The notes under the pieces are model-generated. The model did no database searches, was not told where the DNA came from, and was given only the letters and a program-made list of their open reading frames with translations. A DNA stretch of 64,000 nt. Origin: Eledone cirrhosa (taxonomy: Eukaryota). Below, piece after piece: positions 28,527 to 41,603 of this stretch. The translations under genes were made by a program, and so were the position numbers. The DNA lies in NCBI GenBank assembly GCA_964016885.1, contig OZ024743.1, positions 232,438,001-232,502,000 of the forward strand, read 5' to 3'. Position 1 is the first letter of the stretch, and every line of letters begins with the position of its first letter.

Positions 28527-28924
28527 TGCTCGACAAATATCGATATAAAAAAACCTTACCGATATTAATGTTCAGCGATGGTACCCTTCCGTGCTAGAAT
28601 GACCGCCAAATTTGAAATTCCAGCAGTCTCACAATGAGAAATCTGACACTGCCATCAAGCGGAAAGGGGAGGTCATCGCAAAACATAAAAGAATAAAATA
28701 ATATGCACGCGGGTCAATTAATTCTTTCAATAATTTTAACCATGCGTGAAGAACTCAATTGGATATAAAAAAATATATATACACACACTACAACACCATC
28801 GTCTCTCTATCTCCTTCTCTCTCTCTCACTCTCTATGTCTCTCTTTCAATCTAGTCTCTCACAACTACTATCTCTTTCTCTCTATCTTTCTCTCTCTCTC
28901 TCTTTCTCTCTCTATATATATATA

Positions 28925-29115
28925 TTTATGAAGGTACCCGGAAAAAGCCCGTATCTCGGGACCCATGTTCTGATTTACGCGAAACTTGTTTTATTCCAGT
29001 TGTATTCTCATTTCAGGGGCAACTTCCTTTCAAAGTATTTTCTAATCATGCCCCGTTTTGGCTGTATTAAATTACAGACAAGCACACAATCACAGAATGT
29101 AAGTAGTATATAGAT
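28925..29115 (+). mobile_element. Short HINE-like remnant
   Basis: GGTACCCGG...CCCG start and ACAGACA...TAGTATATAGAT end, similar to the 12871 element. Confidence 0.4.
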
Positions 29116-29438
29116 AAATTTTTACATGTTTTCCTTCTGTACGCATTTATGTAAATCTCCGTAGTGCTTGTTTTGGGGTTTTTTTTGCGTTTTTTGCATT
29201 GTCAGAGTTTGCGTTATGGTTTGTGTTAGAATTAGGTTTAGGGTTAAGGCTACGGTTAGGGTTACGTTAAGATGTAGGTTTAGGGTTAGAGTTAATTTTA
29301 TATATTTACACACACAGAGATGTGTTTGTGCGTTTGTGCAAACTATTTTCTGTCTCTCCTGGTTTCACTTTTTCATATAACTTCTTCGATTTTTAATTAT
29401 TTATCTTCACCTTCCTCTTTTGGTTTCTGCCTACGTAC

Positions 29439-29525
<87 letters not shown>

Positions 29526-29850
29526 CAGCCTTCATTCTATTTTGCTTATCGATTATTCCTCCATCTTGATTTTCTTTCACTCTTCTATATTATTGTTTAA
29601 GTCTAATTTTCTTCTAGACAGTTTTGGTTGCCTTTTTTCCATGGTTCTGTATTCTTTGTATTCTATCTAGTCATTCTTTCTTTCCTTACTTCCATACTAA
29701 TATTCTCTTAGTTCTTCAGCAATAGAGAACAACAAAGGAATATATATTACGTTTTATTATTCCATAAAAAATTTAAAAAATACTATATACATCACATTAT
29801 ATAAGACAACCGATATTTAAGATTTTATATGTACACACACGCACACACAC

Positions 29851-29913
<63 letters not shown>

Positions 29914-30541
29914 TTGGTCAGTATTAGCCCAGGCCATGTCTAACTTAACAGCACCACTAAATATATATATAGTTTCAAAAAAAGCCCGCATGACTAACTA
30001 TTTCGAATATGAATTCAAAATGGCGGGCGCACAGAACAAAGTCAACGGGAAAAACAACAGAAAAACGGACAGTCCCATTCATCAGTTAACCTCTGGAAAT
30101 CGCTACAGGTTCGTTAAATTAATATTGATGCTGTTCATCGCAATGCACATGGGGACGTAATAAAACAGGCAGACACTAAGACAGGACAAGTTATGAATTA
30201 CAGACATAAGATGAAAAAGTATCCTAAGTGTGTCAACTAATAAAGTAGGGAGAGAAGAGTGCGCGAGGGCTTAGTCAAAGGAAAGAAAAAGAAAAACAGA
30301 AAAGAACATTATGGACTGCAGTCCAACGTCCTTTCAAAGTTTGGCGTGTGCGCTCCCCCCTCCACAAACGCTCCATCTCAATTCTATTTTTGAAAAACAT
30401 AAGAACTGTGAAACAGGTAAAGGAAACAGATAAATATTCTTAAAAAGACTCCAGTTGCATTTTCGATTTCTTTTCCTTATACTTTCACTCGTGTAAGACA
30501 TCGTTTTTTTTCATTAAAAAAAACAACTCATTTTCTTATAT

Positions 30542-30578
<37 letters not shown>

Positions 30579-30611
30579 CATATATATATGTGTGTGTATG
30601 TGTGTATTTAC

Positions 30612-30661
<50 letters not shown>

Positions 30662-30992
30662 TCTAATACTCTAATATTTATAAAGAGAGAGCGAGAGAGA
30701 GGGATGCGTCTGTCTATTTGCATTATTCACAAATTTTGTTTAGAAATCACTACTCCAATAGCTACAGTTTTTTAGTATGGAAATTCAACAGGACTGCAAA
30801 CAAAACAAAACTAAAATCGAGAAAACTAGAAAAAGATGGACTAACATCGTAAGATATAGAACACAAAACAACTAATCTCTGTTCGAAATCATTTCAGTTT
30901 GAATGACTTTTATTATCTTGGATGATTTAATCACAGTCGATTTAAATTTCATAGTTTCCCTGCTATATTTAATATCTGTCATACTAATCTAT

Positions 30993-31159
<167 letters not shown>

Positions 31160-31375
31160 AGCGCAGAGAATAACTACAATACAGACAGTTGATATAAAAT
31201 AACTTACAAATACCGTCGGGTAAAGACCGTTAGAGACGGGACACTCTTTTTACAGCGGGTGCTCGAGCTTTCAAACATGATGCTTATATAAATATTTTCA
31301 CACGCATCGACATACTCACACATACACACACACATACACACACACACGTACGCACACACAAACAGAAACAGACAG

Positions 31376-31407
<32 letters not shown>

Positions 31408-31437
31408 ACACATATAAATGTATATATATATATATAT

Positions 31438-31788
31438 ATGAAAAAGAACACAAGAGCGTCTACAACATCAAAAGATTTTTATTGGCTTACAATGTTTCTT
31501 CCTTACGTAACCGTAGGATTCGTCAGAGCTATAAAAGGGCTTTGATTGGTGTTATGGACTCTACCAACCAAACATTCAAGAACAAAGAGTAAAGAGTGTA
31601 AAGAGCAAAAGTAGGGGACGATAAGTCTAGTTTTGGTGTGGGTCCAATAAAAATATTTTGATGTTGTAGACGCTCTTGTGTTCTTTTTCATATATACGGC
31701 TCTGCTCCAAAGCATAGAGCTAATTATTATGCTGCCAATACCTTAATGGGACACGGGTATACAATACCTAACTCCTATTAACCTAAGT
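31438..31788 (+). mobile_element. Fold-back element with spacer (family J)
   Basis: Arms ~31438-31485 and ~31645-31692; right tail GCTC-TGCT-CCAA-AGCA-TA-GAGC; (TA)n flanks. Confidence 0.7.
31485..31529 (-). ncRNA. Minimal type I hammerhead motif
   Basis: Minus strand: GCT-CTGACGA-ATCCTACG-GTTA-CGTAAGGAA-GAAA-CATTG-TA-AGC. Confidence 0.65.
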
Positions 31789-31869
31789 ATATATATATAT
31801 ATTTGAAAAAAATGAAAAGAATGACTTCAATTGTAGTTCTAAACAATTTGATTTAATTTTATATTATAA

Positions 31870-31972
31870 CCGCCGAGGTTAACTTTGCCTTTCATCCTTA
31901 CGGGGTCGATAAAATAAAGTACCAGTAATGCACTGGCTAATTGCTGGCCTTGTGCTAATAGTAGAAACAATT
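31870..31972 (+). mobile_element. 5'-truncated SINE
   Basis: Central domain and 3' end of the 5208 family. Confidence 0.8.
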
Positions 31973-32074
31973 ATAATATTATGAGTTGGTAGATCTAGTA
32001 AGTTCTTTGTTAACTTTGGTGGGAAGATTTTTAAACATCCCTGGTTAACTTTCCTGGAGAACTTTCTCGCATCC

Positions 32075-32127
<53 letters not shown>

Positions 32128-32128
<1 letters not shown>

Positions 32129-32996
32129 GAGGTGGGTCAGAAAAGTTCCAGGACTGATGTCACAAAAGATTTATTTCAAACCCAAACTTCACACATAAGA
32201 GTGTTCTCCTTCAAAGTAATCCCCCTGGACTCTAATGCACTTTTCCATCCTTTTCTGCCACGCTTGCATGCACTCCTGGAAGGATTCTTCTGGGATCCTC
32301 CGCAGTTCCGTCGTCACGGCCTTTTTGATGTCATCCACGTCTTCAAAACGGGTCCCCTCTGGGTCGTACTCGAAGATCCATGACTCATCACCGGTGATGA
32401 TGTCCCTAGCAAGTCTGGTTCGGTTTCAAGACGCTCGAGGATGTCCTGGCACACTTGCATGCGTCGACCCTTCTGGTCACCGTTCAGCAGTTTTGGCACC
32501 ATCTTTGCGCAGACTTTCCGCATGTCCAAATCTTCAGTGAGAATCTTCCAGACGCTGTCTCGATTCATGCTCAGCTCATTTGCCATCAGTCGAACAGTCA
32601 GCCGACGATCGCTACGCACCATCTGCCTGACGCGCTCAACGTTGACCTTAGTCCTGGTTGTTTAGGGCCTTCCGCCCCTGGTTCTTTAAACTTCTTGCAC
32701 CACTCAAAACCACGCGAGCGTGACATCGTCTCATCTCCATACACTTGCTGCAGCAATCCCAGTGCTTCTGACGGAGTTTTCAAGTTTGTTCGTTGCTCTG
32801 TGCTCATTGCTTCACGACCTGAAACAGAGGACATGTATATAAAATTATGAAGAAAAAATTTGATCGCTGCAGTGAGCTAAGATAACAGTTACATACTCCA
32901 TGGGGATTACTTTGAAGGAGAAAACTCTTAGTGTGAAGTTTGGGTTTGAAATAAAACTTTTGTGACATCAGTCCTGGAACTTTTCTGACACACCTC

Positions 32997-32997
<1 letters not shown>
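32128..32997 (-). mobile_element. Internally deleted mariner DNA transposon
   Basis: TA-flanked TIRs CGAGGTG.GTCAGAAAAGTTCC; minus-strand transposase remnants EQRTNLK, YGDETMSRSR.FEW, DRRLTVR, LDMRKVCAKMVPKLL. Confidence 0.92.
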
Positions 32998-33044
<47 letters not shown>

Positions 33045-33074
33045 TAATATTGCACACATACAATCGGCCTTACT

Positions 33075-33365
33075 TCTCTACGAATGACCATAGGACTTGA
33101 ACCTAGAAATGTCCCCTCCGCGACACAAGCCGGGACCAGGTATTTTTGTTGAAGATCCAGTCACCGTTCTCCATATAATCGATGTTGTTTAAGAGAAAAG
33201 CAAAGGCCGATACAGTTTGCTACCTGTGACATTGCATATCATTTTTGCAGCTGAGTGAACTGGAGCAATGTGAAATAAAGTTTTTTGCTCAAGAATAAAC
33301 CGCATCGACAGGCCCTAGAATCGAACTAACAAACCTCGCGATTGTTAATCCAATATTTTAACCAC
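33075..33365 (-). mobile_element. Diverged tRNA-derived SINE (second family)
   Basis: CAGCTGAGTGAACTGGAGCAATGTGAAATAAAG...GCTCAAGAA block and a B-box remnant (GAATCGAAC); related to 60578-60805. Confidence 0.6.
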
Positions 33366-33614
33366 AATATTCGTACGTTCACTACAATAGAGGAGTTCAA
33401 AGGTTAGTTGATAAAGCATTAATGTTAATAGTGAAACATAAACATATAATATATGTACTATTGAATCTGTAGATATGCTTTTTTTCTAAAGACCCATTCC
33501 CTAATGAGGGAATGGATGACATCCGTAAGTATAAGATATTCAAGAACTACTTCCATTTCAGTTCTTTCATGCATTCAAACCGATTTCATATATTTATGTG
33601 TAAATAAGAAACAT

Positions 33615-33755
33615 AATTGTTTCTACTTTTGGCACAAGGCCAGTAATTACCCAGTACATTACTGGTACTTTATTTTAACGACCCCGTAAGGATGAAAGGC
33701 AAAGTTAACCTCAGCGGGATTTGAACTCAGAATAGCAAGGTCCGTAACTCTATGC
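33615..33755 (-). mobile_element. tRNA-derived SINE fragment
   Basis: Homology to the 5208 family. Confidence 0.8.
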
Positions 33756-34286
33756 GTCAAAGCAAAGAAACATTATGTTCATTAGTTTTGAAATGTTGAC
33801 CACGAAATATTAAGCATGAATGGCTAACCCGGGGAAGGTTGGCTATGGGAGGTGTAGCATCGGTGGCAGTGCTCCAGCATGGTCTCAGCCCCTCGGCTGG
33901 AACACATAATAGAATAATGGAATAATAGAATTTCATATTTTGAACAAACATTTTTTTCAGAACTTATACATAATGTCTACTACTAAGAGGAATTTGAATT
34001 GAATTATGACATAAAGCATGTATCAGTGTATATGTGTATTCATACATTTATAAAATGCATGTGTCTATGTGGAGATGCAAAGCTTGAGCTTATATATGCA
34101 CGTATATATCTATATTGGCACGTATGTGCATAGACGCACTCACACACATGCATATATACAAATCTTTCTCTCTCTCTCACTCTCTCTCTCTATATATATA
34201 TGTGTGTGTGTATATATATATATATACACACACACACATGTGTATGCATATATATATATATATGTCTCTCTCTATATATATGTAAA

Positions 34287-34323
<37 letters not shown>

Positions 34324-34354
34324 TTATACATATATATATATATATTTATGTGTG

Positions 34355-34398
<44 letters not shown>

Positions 34399-34409
34399 CA
34401 CACATATAA

Positions 34410-34442
<33 letters not shown>

Positions 34443-34496
34443 TATACATATATATAGAGAGAGACATATATATATGCATACACACACACACACACA

Positions 34497-34557
<61 letters not shown>

Positions 34558-34631
34558 GCATGTAGGAATATATATCATAGATGATTATTTATACATACAC
34601 ATCTATATTTATATATATTGAGCTATCTTTA

Positions 34632-34756
<125 letters not shown>

Positions 34757-35094
34757 GAGTAGAACGGGTATAGGATTATGTGTATGTAGAGGAGAGCCTT
34801 TGGGTGTGAGGACATTTGTAATTAAAGGTACGATGGGAATTTATGGTTTCGGAGAAAATTGTATGAGTACTATAATTAATTCATACAAGTAGATGTATAT
34901 ATATGAATTGGGGTTTGTGGGGGGTTCAGGAGGACTCTAGATTTAACGGGGTGTTTAACTTTGTGCATTGGGAACGTGAATTTTGTGTGAGAGCCTGATT
35001 TATGCGTAAAGTTTATGTATGTACGTAATCTCTATATATATATGTGTGTGTATGTGTGTATAGGTATATCTATAAATATATATATACATATGCA

Positions 35095-35130
<36 letters not shown>

Positions 35131-35261
35131 TGCATACATGCATATATATAGATATATAGATATATTTGCATGGATATATATGTAGATATATATAGATATA
35201 TAGATATATATGCATGCATACATGCACATACGCAGATATATATATATATATATATATATAT

Positions 35262-35400
35262 TTCGTTTCTGGATTTGTTTAGCAAGATTCTTTATCTGAA
35301 AACGTGTGTTGAAACCAATATTGTTATACTTTGGGAGGGTCATGTTGCCAATAAGATGGTGCGTGTGTTTCTTATTGGCAACATGACCCTCCCAAAGTAT

Positions 35401-35407
<7 letters not shown>
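35262..35407 (-). mobile_element. Fold-back element (family M)
   Basis: Perfect arms ATATTGTTATACTTTGGGAGGGTCATGTTGCCAATAAGA and its reverse complement; left tail; (TA)n flanks. Confidence 0.75.
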
Positions 35408-35455
<48 letters not shown>

Positions 35456-35996
35456 AAGAGAGGGAGAGAGATAGAGAGGGGGGAGATGCATTATACACGT
35501 AGATATGTAGGTAAATGCATATAAAACTTGTATAACCTGAGTAAATGTCTGTGTCTGAGCGGTTGTGTTTGGATGCGTGTTTGCTCATATTCTGTTTATG
35601 AGTGTATGTGTGTTTGTGTGTATGTCTCTGTGTGTGTGTATGTGTTTTGTTTGTCTATGCTTGGTTACATGCGAGTGCATTTGTGTTGGAGAGTTGGTAA
35701 CGAGAGAATCAAAACAACAAGAACAACTGCAACATCAGCATGACTAGAACCTAATCCGATATTATGGAGCCCTCAACGTGAATGAGGGATAAATGTATCA
35801 GATACAATTTAAAAGCAACAAGGACGGAAAAGGAGAGACACATACAATAGACGTATAAGAATGTATTAGGAAGTATAGGGATGTTTGTGTTCACGATAGT
35901 ATATGCCCGTTTGCATGTGTGGGGTTGTTATATTTTTCTCTTTGGTGCTGCGTTAACAAACACACATATATTATTTTACATACACACCTCGCTCTC

Positions 35997-36033
<37 letters not shown>

Positions 36034-36122
36034 ATCTATCTCTCTGTCTATCTCTCTCTCTTTCTCTCTGTCTCCCCCCCCCCTTCTCTCTCTCTCTCTC
36101 TGTGTCTCTATGCCTCTCACTT

Positions 36123-36164
<42 letters not shown>

Positions 36165-36691
36165 GCTGTCTATATATATATATATATATATATATACGTG
36201 TGTGTTTGTGTGTGGTTATGCGTAGGTGTGTTGGCGTGCGTATATGTATGTGTGTAGACGGAGAAATAAGAGAGTGAGAAAAGGGAAAGGCATAATGGAA
36301 GGTGGGAGGAGAGATGAGAGAGAAAAAGAGACATTATCTTTCAAACAGAAGAACGTCTCTTTGTCTGTTTTAATTACGGAATATCATACACAACTTGGAG
36401 ATTATATAGAAATCTAAGCTTGTTGAATGCGATAGAATTATACCTCAGCTGTCAGTTGCATTAGTTACCTTACGGCATTTCTCTTCCCACCTTCTCCTTC
36501 GTCTTTGTCTACAGCTTCTGCTTCTTTTTTCTCACCGTCCTTCTTCTCACCGCCATCCAATATTCAATAGTGCGCAGCAACTTAGCTCTATTCTAACTTA
36601 CTTTTCTGTTTTTCTTTTTCCTTTTAATGATAATGTTCGAACTGCTAATTATATATGCATATATGTGTATATACATATATAAATAAATAAC

Positions 36692-36727
<36 letters not shown>

Positions 36728-36789
36728 CGAGAAAGAGAGAGAGATGGATATATAGATTCACACATAAAATCATACAATATATATATTTA

Positions 36790-36915
<126 letters not shown>

Positions 36916-37123
36916 TGTGTGTGGGTGTGCTTGTGTATGAATGCATATACACGCACATACACATACATGTATATTTATGTATAATATATATATATATATA
37001 CATAAATATATATGTGTGTGTGTGTGTGCGCCTATATGCATTCATACACAAGCATATACATATTTAGCATATGTGTGTGTGTATGTGTGTATGTGTGTGT
37101 GTCTGTATGTGTATGTGTGTATA

Positions 37124-37218
<95 letters not shown>

Positions 37219-37334
37219 TATATGTACCAATTTTTGTCGTGTGTGCAATTCTGAAAAATATTAATATGCGATTATATGTTCCATAAAGTTATATATTAAA
37301 TTATAAACATATAAAAATGTTAAAGGCATCATTA

Positions 37335-37384
<50 letters not shown>

Positions 37385-37417
37385 GACATCGGCAAACAGA
37401 AATGTAGAGAAACAGGC

Positions 37418-37485
<68 letters not shown>

Positions 37486-37697
37486 ATGTGTGTGTGCGAG
37501 AGAGAGAGTGTGTACATTCACACCCACAAAATCTCATATACATACATACACATACGCACACAGACACATACACGTGCACGCAAACAGACATACATTCACA
37601 CTGACCTCCAGCCACACACATGCACACACACATATAAACATACACACACACACATATAAACATACACACATACATATATATATACATATATATATAT

Positions 37698-37892
37698 AAC
37701 GAAGGAATTGTGGTAAGGAACCAGATGGACCATAACGCACCAAAGTACTCAATTCTTAGGGTAGTAGAGTGGGTAACAGGAAAAAGTATGACCCCGACGG
37801 CAAAGCTCAAGCCGTTTCGACGGCTATTTCTGGAGTCCAGAAATAGCCGTCGAAACGGCTTGAGCTCTGCGGTCGGGGTCATACTTGTTCCT
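37698..37892 (-). mobile_element. Fold-back element (family G)
   Basis: Homologue of 27269 and 40228. Confidence 0.8.
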
Positions 37893-37904
37893 ATATATAT
37901 ATAT

Positions 37905-38861
37905 ATATTCATAGAGATCTGGGACTTGTCTATTTCTTCTCACTTTCCGTTGCTTAAACTTTTTTGTTGTTACCCTGGCGTCCCCTTTGTTTACGTGTCC
38001 CAACGACTTTTTTTAGCCGTTGTTCGCACCAACCTGAGGCATATGGCCCTTAAAGCGATGAAATGCCTAGGACGGTTGGAGGGTCACTGATGAAGGACTC
38101 ACTTTTTCATATGTATCCCATTTGCAACGCCGCAGCTCCATTATTATCATATTTACACATATATTTTTTCCATGCTGCCACTCGTCTGTTTCGTTCCTTG
38201 TATCTTTACCCTTTCTAGCAGTCTCTCTCTCTGTTAGCCTCCTCCTCAACTTTCACTCACTCATTCTCTGTCACTACCTCTCCTCCTCCTCTTTCCTCCT
38301 CCTCCTTCAAGTTTGACCTGTGTGTAATTCTTTTCTCGCGCGGTCTTGACCAAGCTGGTATGGAATTTTTTTCTCTCTCTCTTTCGTCTGCGACTTCACA
38401 AAACTTACGTTTACCGAATTCGTAGACCAGACCCCTTTATCTTCTTCTTCTTCTTCTTCTTCTTCTTCTTCTTCTTCTTCTTCTTCTTCTTCTTCTTCTT
38501 CTTCTTCTTCTTCTTCTTCTTCTCCTTCTTCTTCTTCCTCTTCTCTCCTTTCTATCTCTCTTTTTTCCCCCCCCGTCAAACTTGGGCGAAATTCTTTCCT
38601 TGCTCACATTTCAACCAGGTTTGATGGTCTTTTGTCTCTTGTTCACGATTTCACCGAGTTTATATTCATAGAGATCTGGGACTTGTCTATTTCTTCTCAC
38701 TTTCCGTTGCTTAAACTTTTTTGTTGTTACCCTGGCGTCCCCTTTGTTTACGTATCCCAACGACTTTTTTTAGCCGTTGTTCGCACCAACCTGAGGCATA
38801 TGGCCCTTAAAGCGATGAAATGCCTAGGACGGTTGGAGGGTCACTGATGAAGGACTCACTT

Positions 38862-38868
<7 letters not shown>
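37905..38868 (+). mobile_element. Direct-repeat-flanked element (family P) with internal (TTC)n
   Basis: ~205-bp near-identical repeats at ~37905 and ~38662 (period 757), each containing CTGATGAAGGAC. Confidence 0.7.
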
Positions 38869-38896
<28 letters not shown>

Positions 38897-39183
38897 CATA
38901 TATGTATGCTTGTATATATATATATATGCCTATATATATGTATATATGTGTATATATATATATGATTAAGTTAAAAATGTACATCCACATATGTATACTG
39001 AAATACTAGTATGCATATGAATACACACACGTGTACATATGTAGATGTACCGAGTTTTTCACTGAACACTTTACTGTGAGTGTCCAGCTATTCTGTATGT
39101 AAACACACAGACAAACCGGTTTTTAGAGTCATACTGGTTTTCGAAGAAACACCTTTCCTCCATTCTCCAGAAAGCCAGACAGG

Positions 39184-39228
39184 AACATTGGACTAGTTTC
39201 GATGTTGTTACATCTCATCAGCAATATT
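39184..39228 (-). ncRNA. Minimal type I hammerhead ribozyme
   Basis: Mirror copy of 39823-39867. Confidence 0.9.
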
Positions 39229-39822
39229 TGCCTATCTTCAGGCCTTTCTAGAGAATCGCAAAAGCACATATCGTTATATGCTTTTTCTATGAAAATTAGT
39301 AGTGGGCAGACCAATTTGCATAGAGCGTGAGTACGTACCGGTTCAGCGGAGACGATAAAAACAAATAACGAAACGAAATTAAATTTCGTTTCGTTTGTAA
39401 CTCACTTTTGTACGACTGACGCTTAAACAATTAAGTTAAAAATGTACATCCACATATGTATACTGAAATACTAGTCTGTGTGTTTACATACAGAATAGCT
39501 GGACACTCACAGTAAAGTGTCCAGTGAAAAACTCGGTACATCTACATATGTACACGTGTGTGTATTCATATGCATACTAGTATTTCAGTATACATATGTG
39601 GATGTACATTTTTAACTTAATTGTTTAAGCGTCAGTCGTACAAAAGTGAGTTACAAACGAAACGAAATTTAATTTCGTTTCGTTATTTGTTTTTATCGTC
39701 TCCGCTGAACCGGTACGTACTCACGCTCTATGCAAATTGGTCTGCCCACTACTAATTTTCATAGAAAAAGCATATAACGATATGTGCTTTTGCGATTCTC
39801 TAGAAAGGCCTGAAGATAGGTA

Positions 39823-39867
39823 AATATTGCTGATGAGATGTAACAACATCGAAACTAGTCCAATGTT
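39823..39867 (+). ncRNA. Minimal type I hammerhead ribozyme
   Basis: AATATTG-CTGATGA-GATGT-AACA-ACATC-GAAA-CTAG-TC-CAATGTT; canonical core with GUC site (predicted cut after 39860). Confidence 0.9.
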
Positions 39868-40185
39868 CCTGTCTGGCTTTCTGGAGAATGGAGGAAAGGT
39901 GTTTCTTCGAAAACCAGTATGACTCTAAAAACCGGTTTGTCTGTGTGTTTACATACAGAATAGCTGGACACTCACAGTAAAGTGTCCAGTGAAAAACTCG
40001 GTACATCTACATATGTACACGTGTGTGTATTCATATGCATACTAGTATTTCAGTATACATATGTGGATGTACATTTTTAACTTAATTGTTTAAGCGTCAG
40101 TCGTACAAAAGTGAGTTACAAACGAAACGAAATTTAATTTCGTTTCGTTATTTGTTTTTATATATATATGTTTATATTTATATGC

Positions 40186-40227
<42 letters not shown>

Positions 40228-40229
<2 letters not shown>

Positions 40230-40412
40230 CGAAGGAAATGTGGTAAGGAACCAGGTGGACCATAACGCACCAAAGTACTCAATACTTAGGGTAGTAGAGT
40301 GGGTAATAGGAACGAGTAGGACCCCGACGGGTGAGCTCAAACCGTTTCGACGGCTAAGTCCAGAATTAGCCGTCGAAACGGCTTGAGCTCAGCCGTCGGG
40401 GTCCTACTCGTT

Positions 40413-40414
<2 letters not shown>
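40228..40414 (-). mobile_element. Fold-back element (family G)
   Basis: Homologue of 27269 and 37698. Confidence 0.8.
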
Positions 40415-40497
<83 letters not shown>

Positions 40498-40770
40498 ATG
40501 TGTGTGTGGTTATACCTGTGTATATATGCATGTGTTTTTTGTGCGTCAGCGTGTGTGTATATAAAATTCTTTAGTTGGAATATTCATATGCCTATGTCTT
40601 GCTGTTAATTTCGATTAAATGAGGATCTTTATACATGTAATGCGATCTGCATTTGTATGGAGTTTCAATGAAGCAGGTCTATTATTTCTAGTACCAGGAG
40701 GCCGTTTTCATATATAGTAGAAGATGGGAGCCTGATTTATAATATGCAACAATTGTTAGATTTGATGCAA

Positions 40771-40888
40771 TAATTGTTTCTACTATTGGCACAAGGCCAG
40801 AAATTATCCAGTACATTACTGGTACTTTATTTTATCGACCCCGTAAGGATGAAAGGCAAAGTTAACCTCGGCGGGATTTGAACTCAGA
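40771..40888 (-). mobile_element. tRNA-derived SINE fragment
   Basis: Homology to the 5208 family. Confidence 0.8.
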
Positions 40889-41603
40889 ATGGCAAGTTGA
40901 TACAATAATGCGCCAGATTAAGCGCCCGATCATAAATAGAAGTTAGAATAATGACTGAAATAATGGGATCGACTGAATTTGACTTTCTCGGGAGGGACTT
41001 TGGAGCTATGTTACATGCTAGGCTGCTTAACTCGGGGATGAGAGAATCGCTGTAAATAGAGCCGCTGTGGATCACAGGTCCGAGGATACCGACAAATTGT
41101 TAGAATGTCTAAGGACATAATCGCTTGGCAGATTTTACTGGCAAACCAACTTGCAGGAAACGCAGAAGTAGAACGCAAGAACGAAGGTTGCTTAACATCC
41201 ATAAGCTTGTATGCTCTTACGTTTGGATCCTGCCGGGTCATTTGGAGACTGGTGATTCTGATGTATCTGATGTCTCTGGACACAGGACACTCAATAATAG
41301 GTGGGGGAAGAAGATAGTTATTCGATGGTATTATTGACCCTTCAGATATAAATATATATAGAGAGAGATAGATAGATAGATAGATATATTTCTTTATTTA
41401 CCATAAAGGCATAAAAAGAAGGGACAAATACAAAGGGGGAGTTTACATACAATCGAGTAAAAAGGGTGTAACATGAACATAATCGAAAATAACCTCAAAA
41501 GGGAGGGGACGTGATGGGGGTTGCACACACCCCCGAAAAAGTGTGCAATCCTTTGCCCAGGGACCACATGGAGATGGTGCTCCCCTCCCCTTCACTTCTT
41601 TAC

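Larger units (their letters stand above)
27545..28775 (-). mobile_element. Partial tandem repeat (period ~732 bp), one hammerhead motif per unit
   Basis: ~27548-28045 is repeated at ~28279-28775. Confidence 0.8.
38965..40160. mobile_element. Retrozyme-like element: 465-bp unit as inverted plus tandem partial multimers
   Basis: Period 465 on both arms (38966/39431 and 39475/39940); inversion junction at 39474/39475; (TA)n flanks. Confidence 0.85.

Noticed and set aside
38027-38080. SECIS-like hairpin in the family P repeat
   Set aside because: It lacks the AUGA/GA quartet geometry and has no associated ORF
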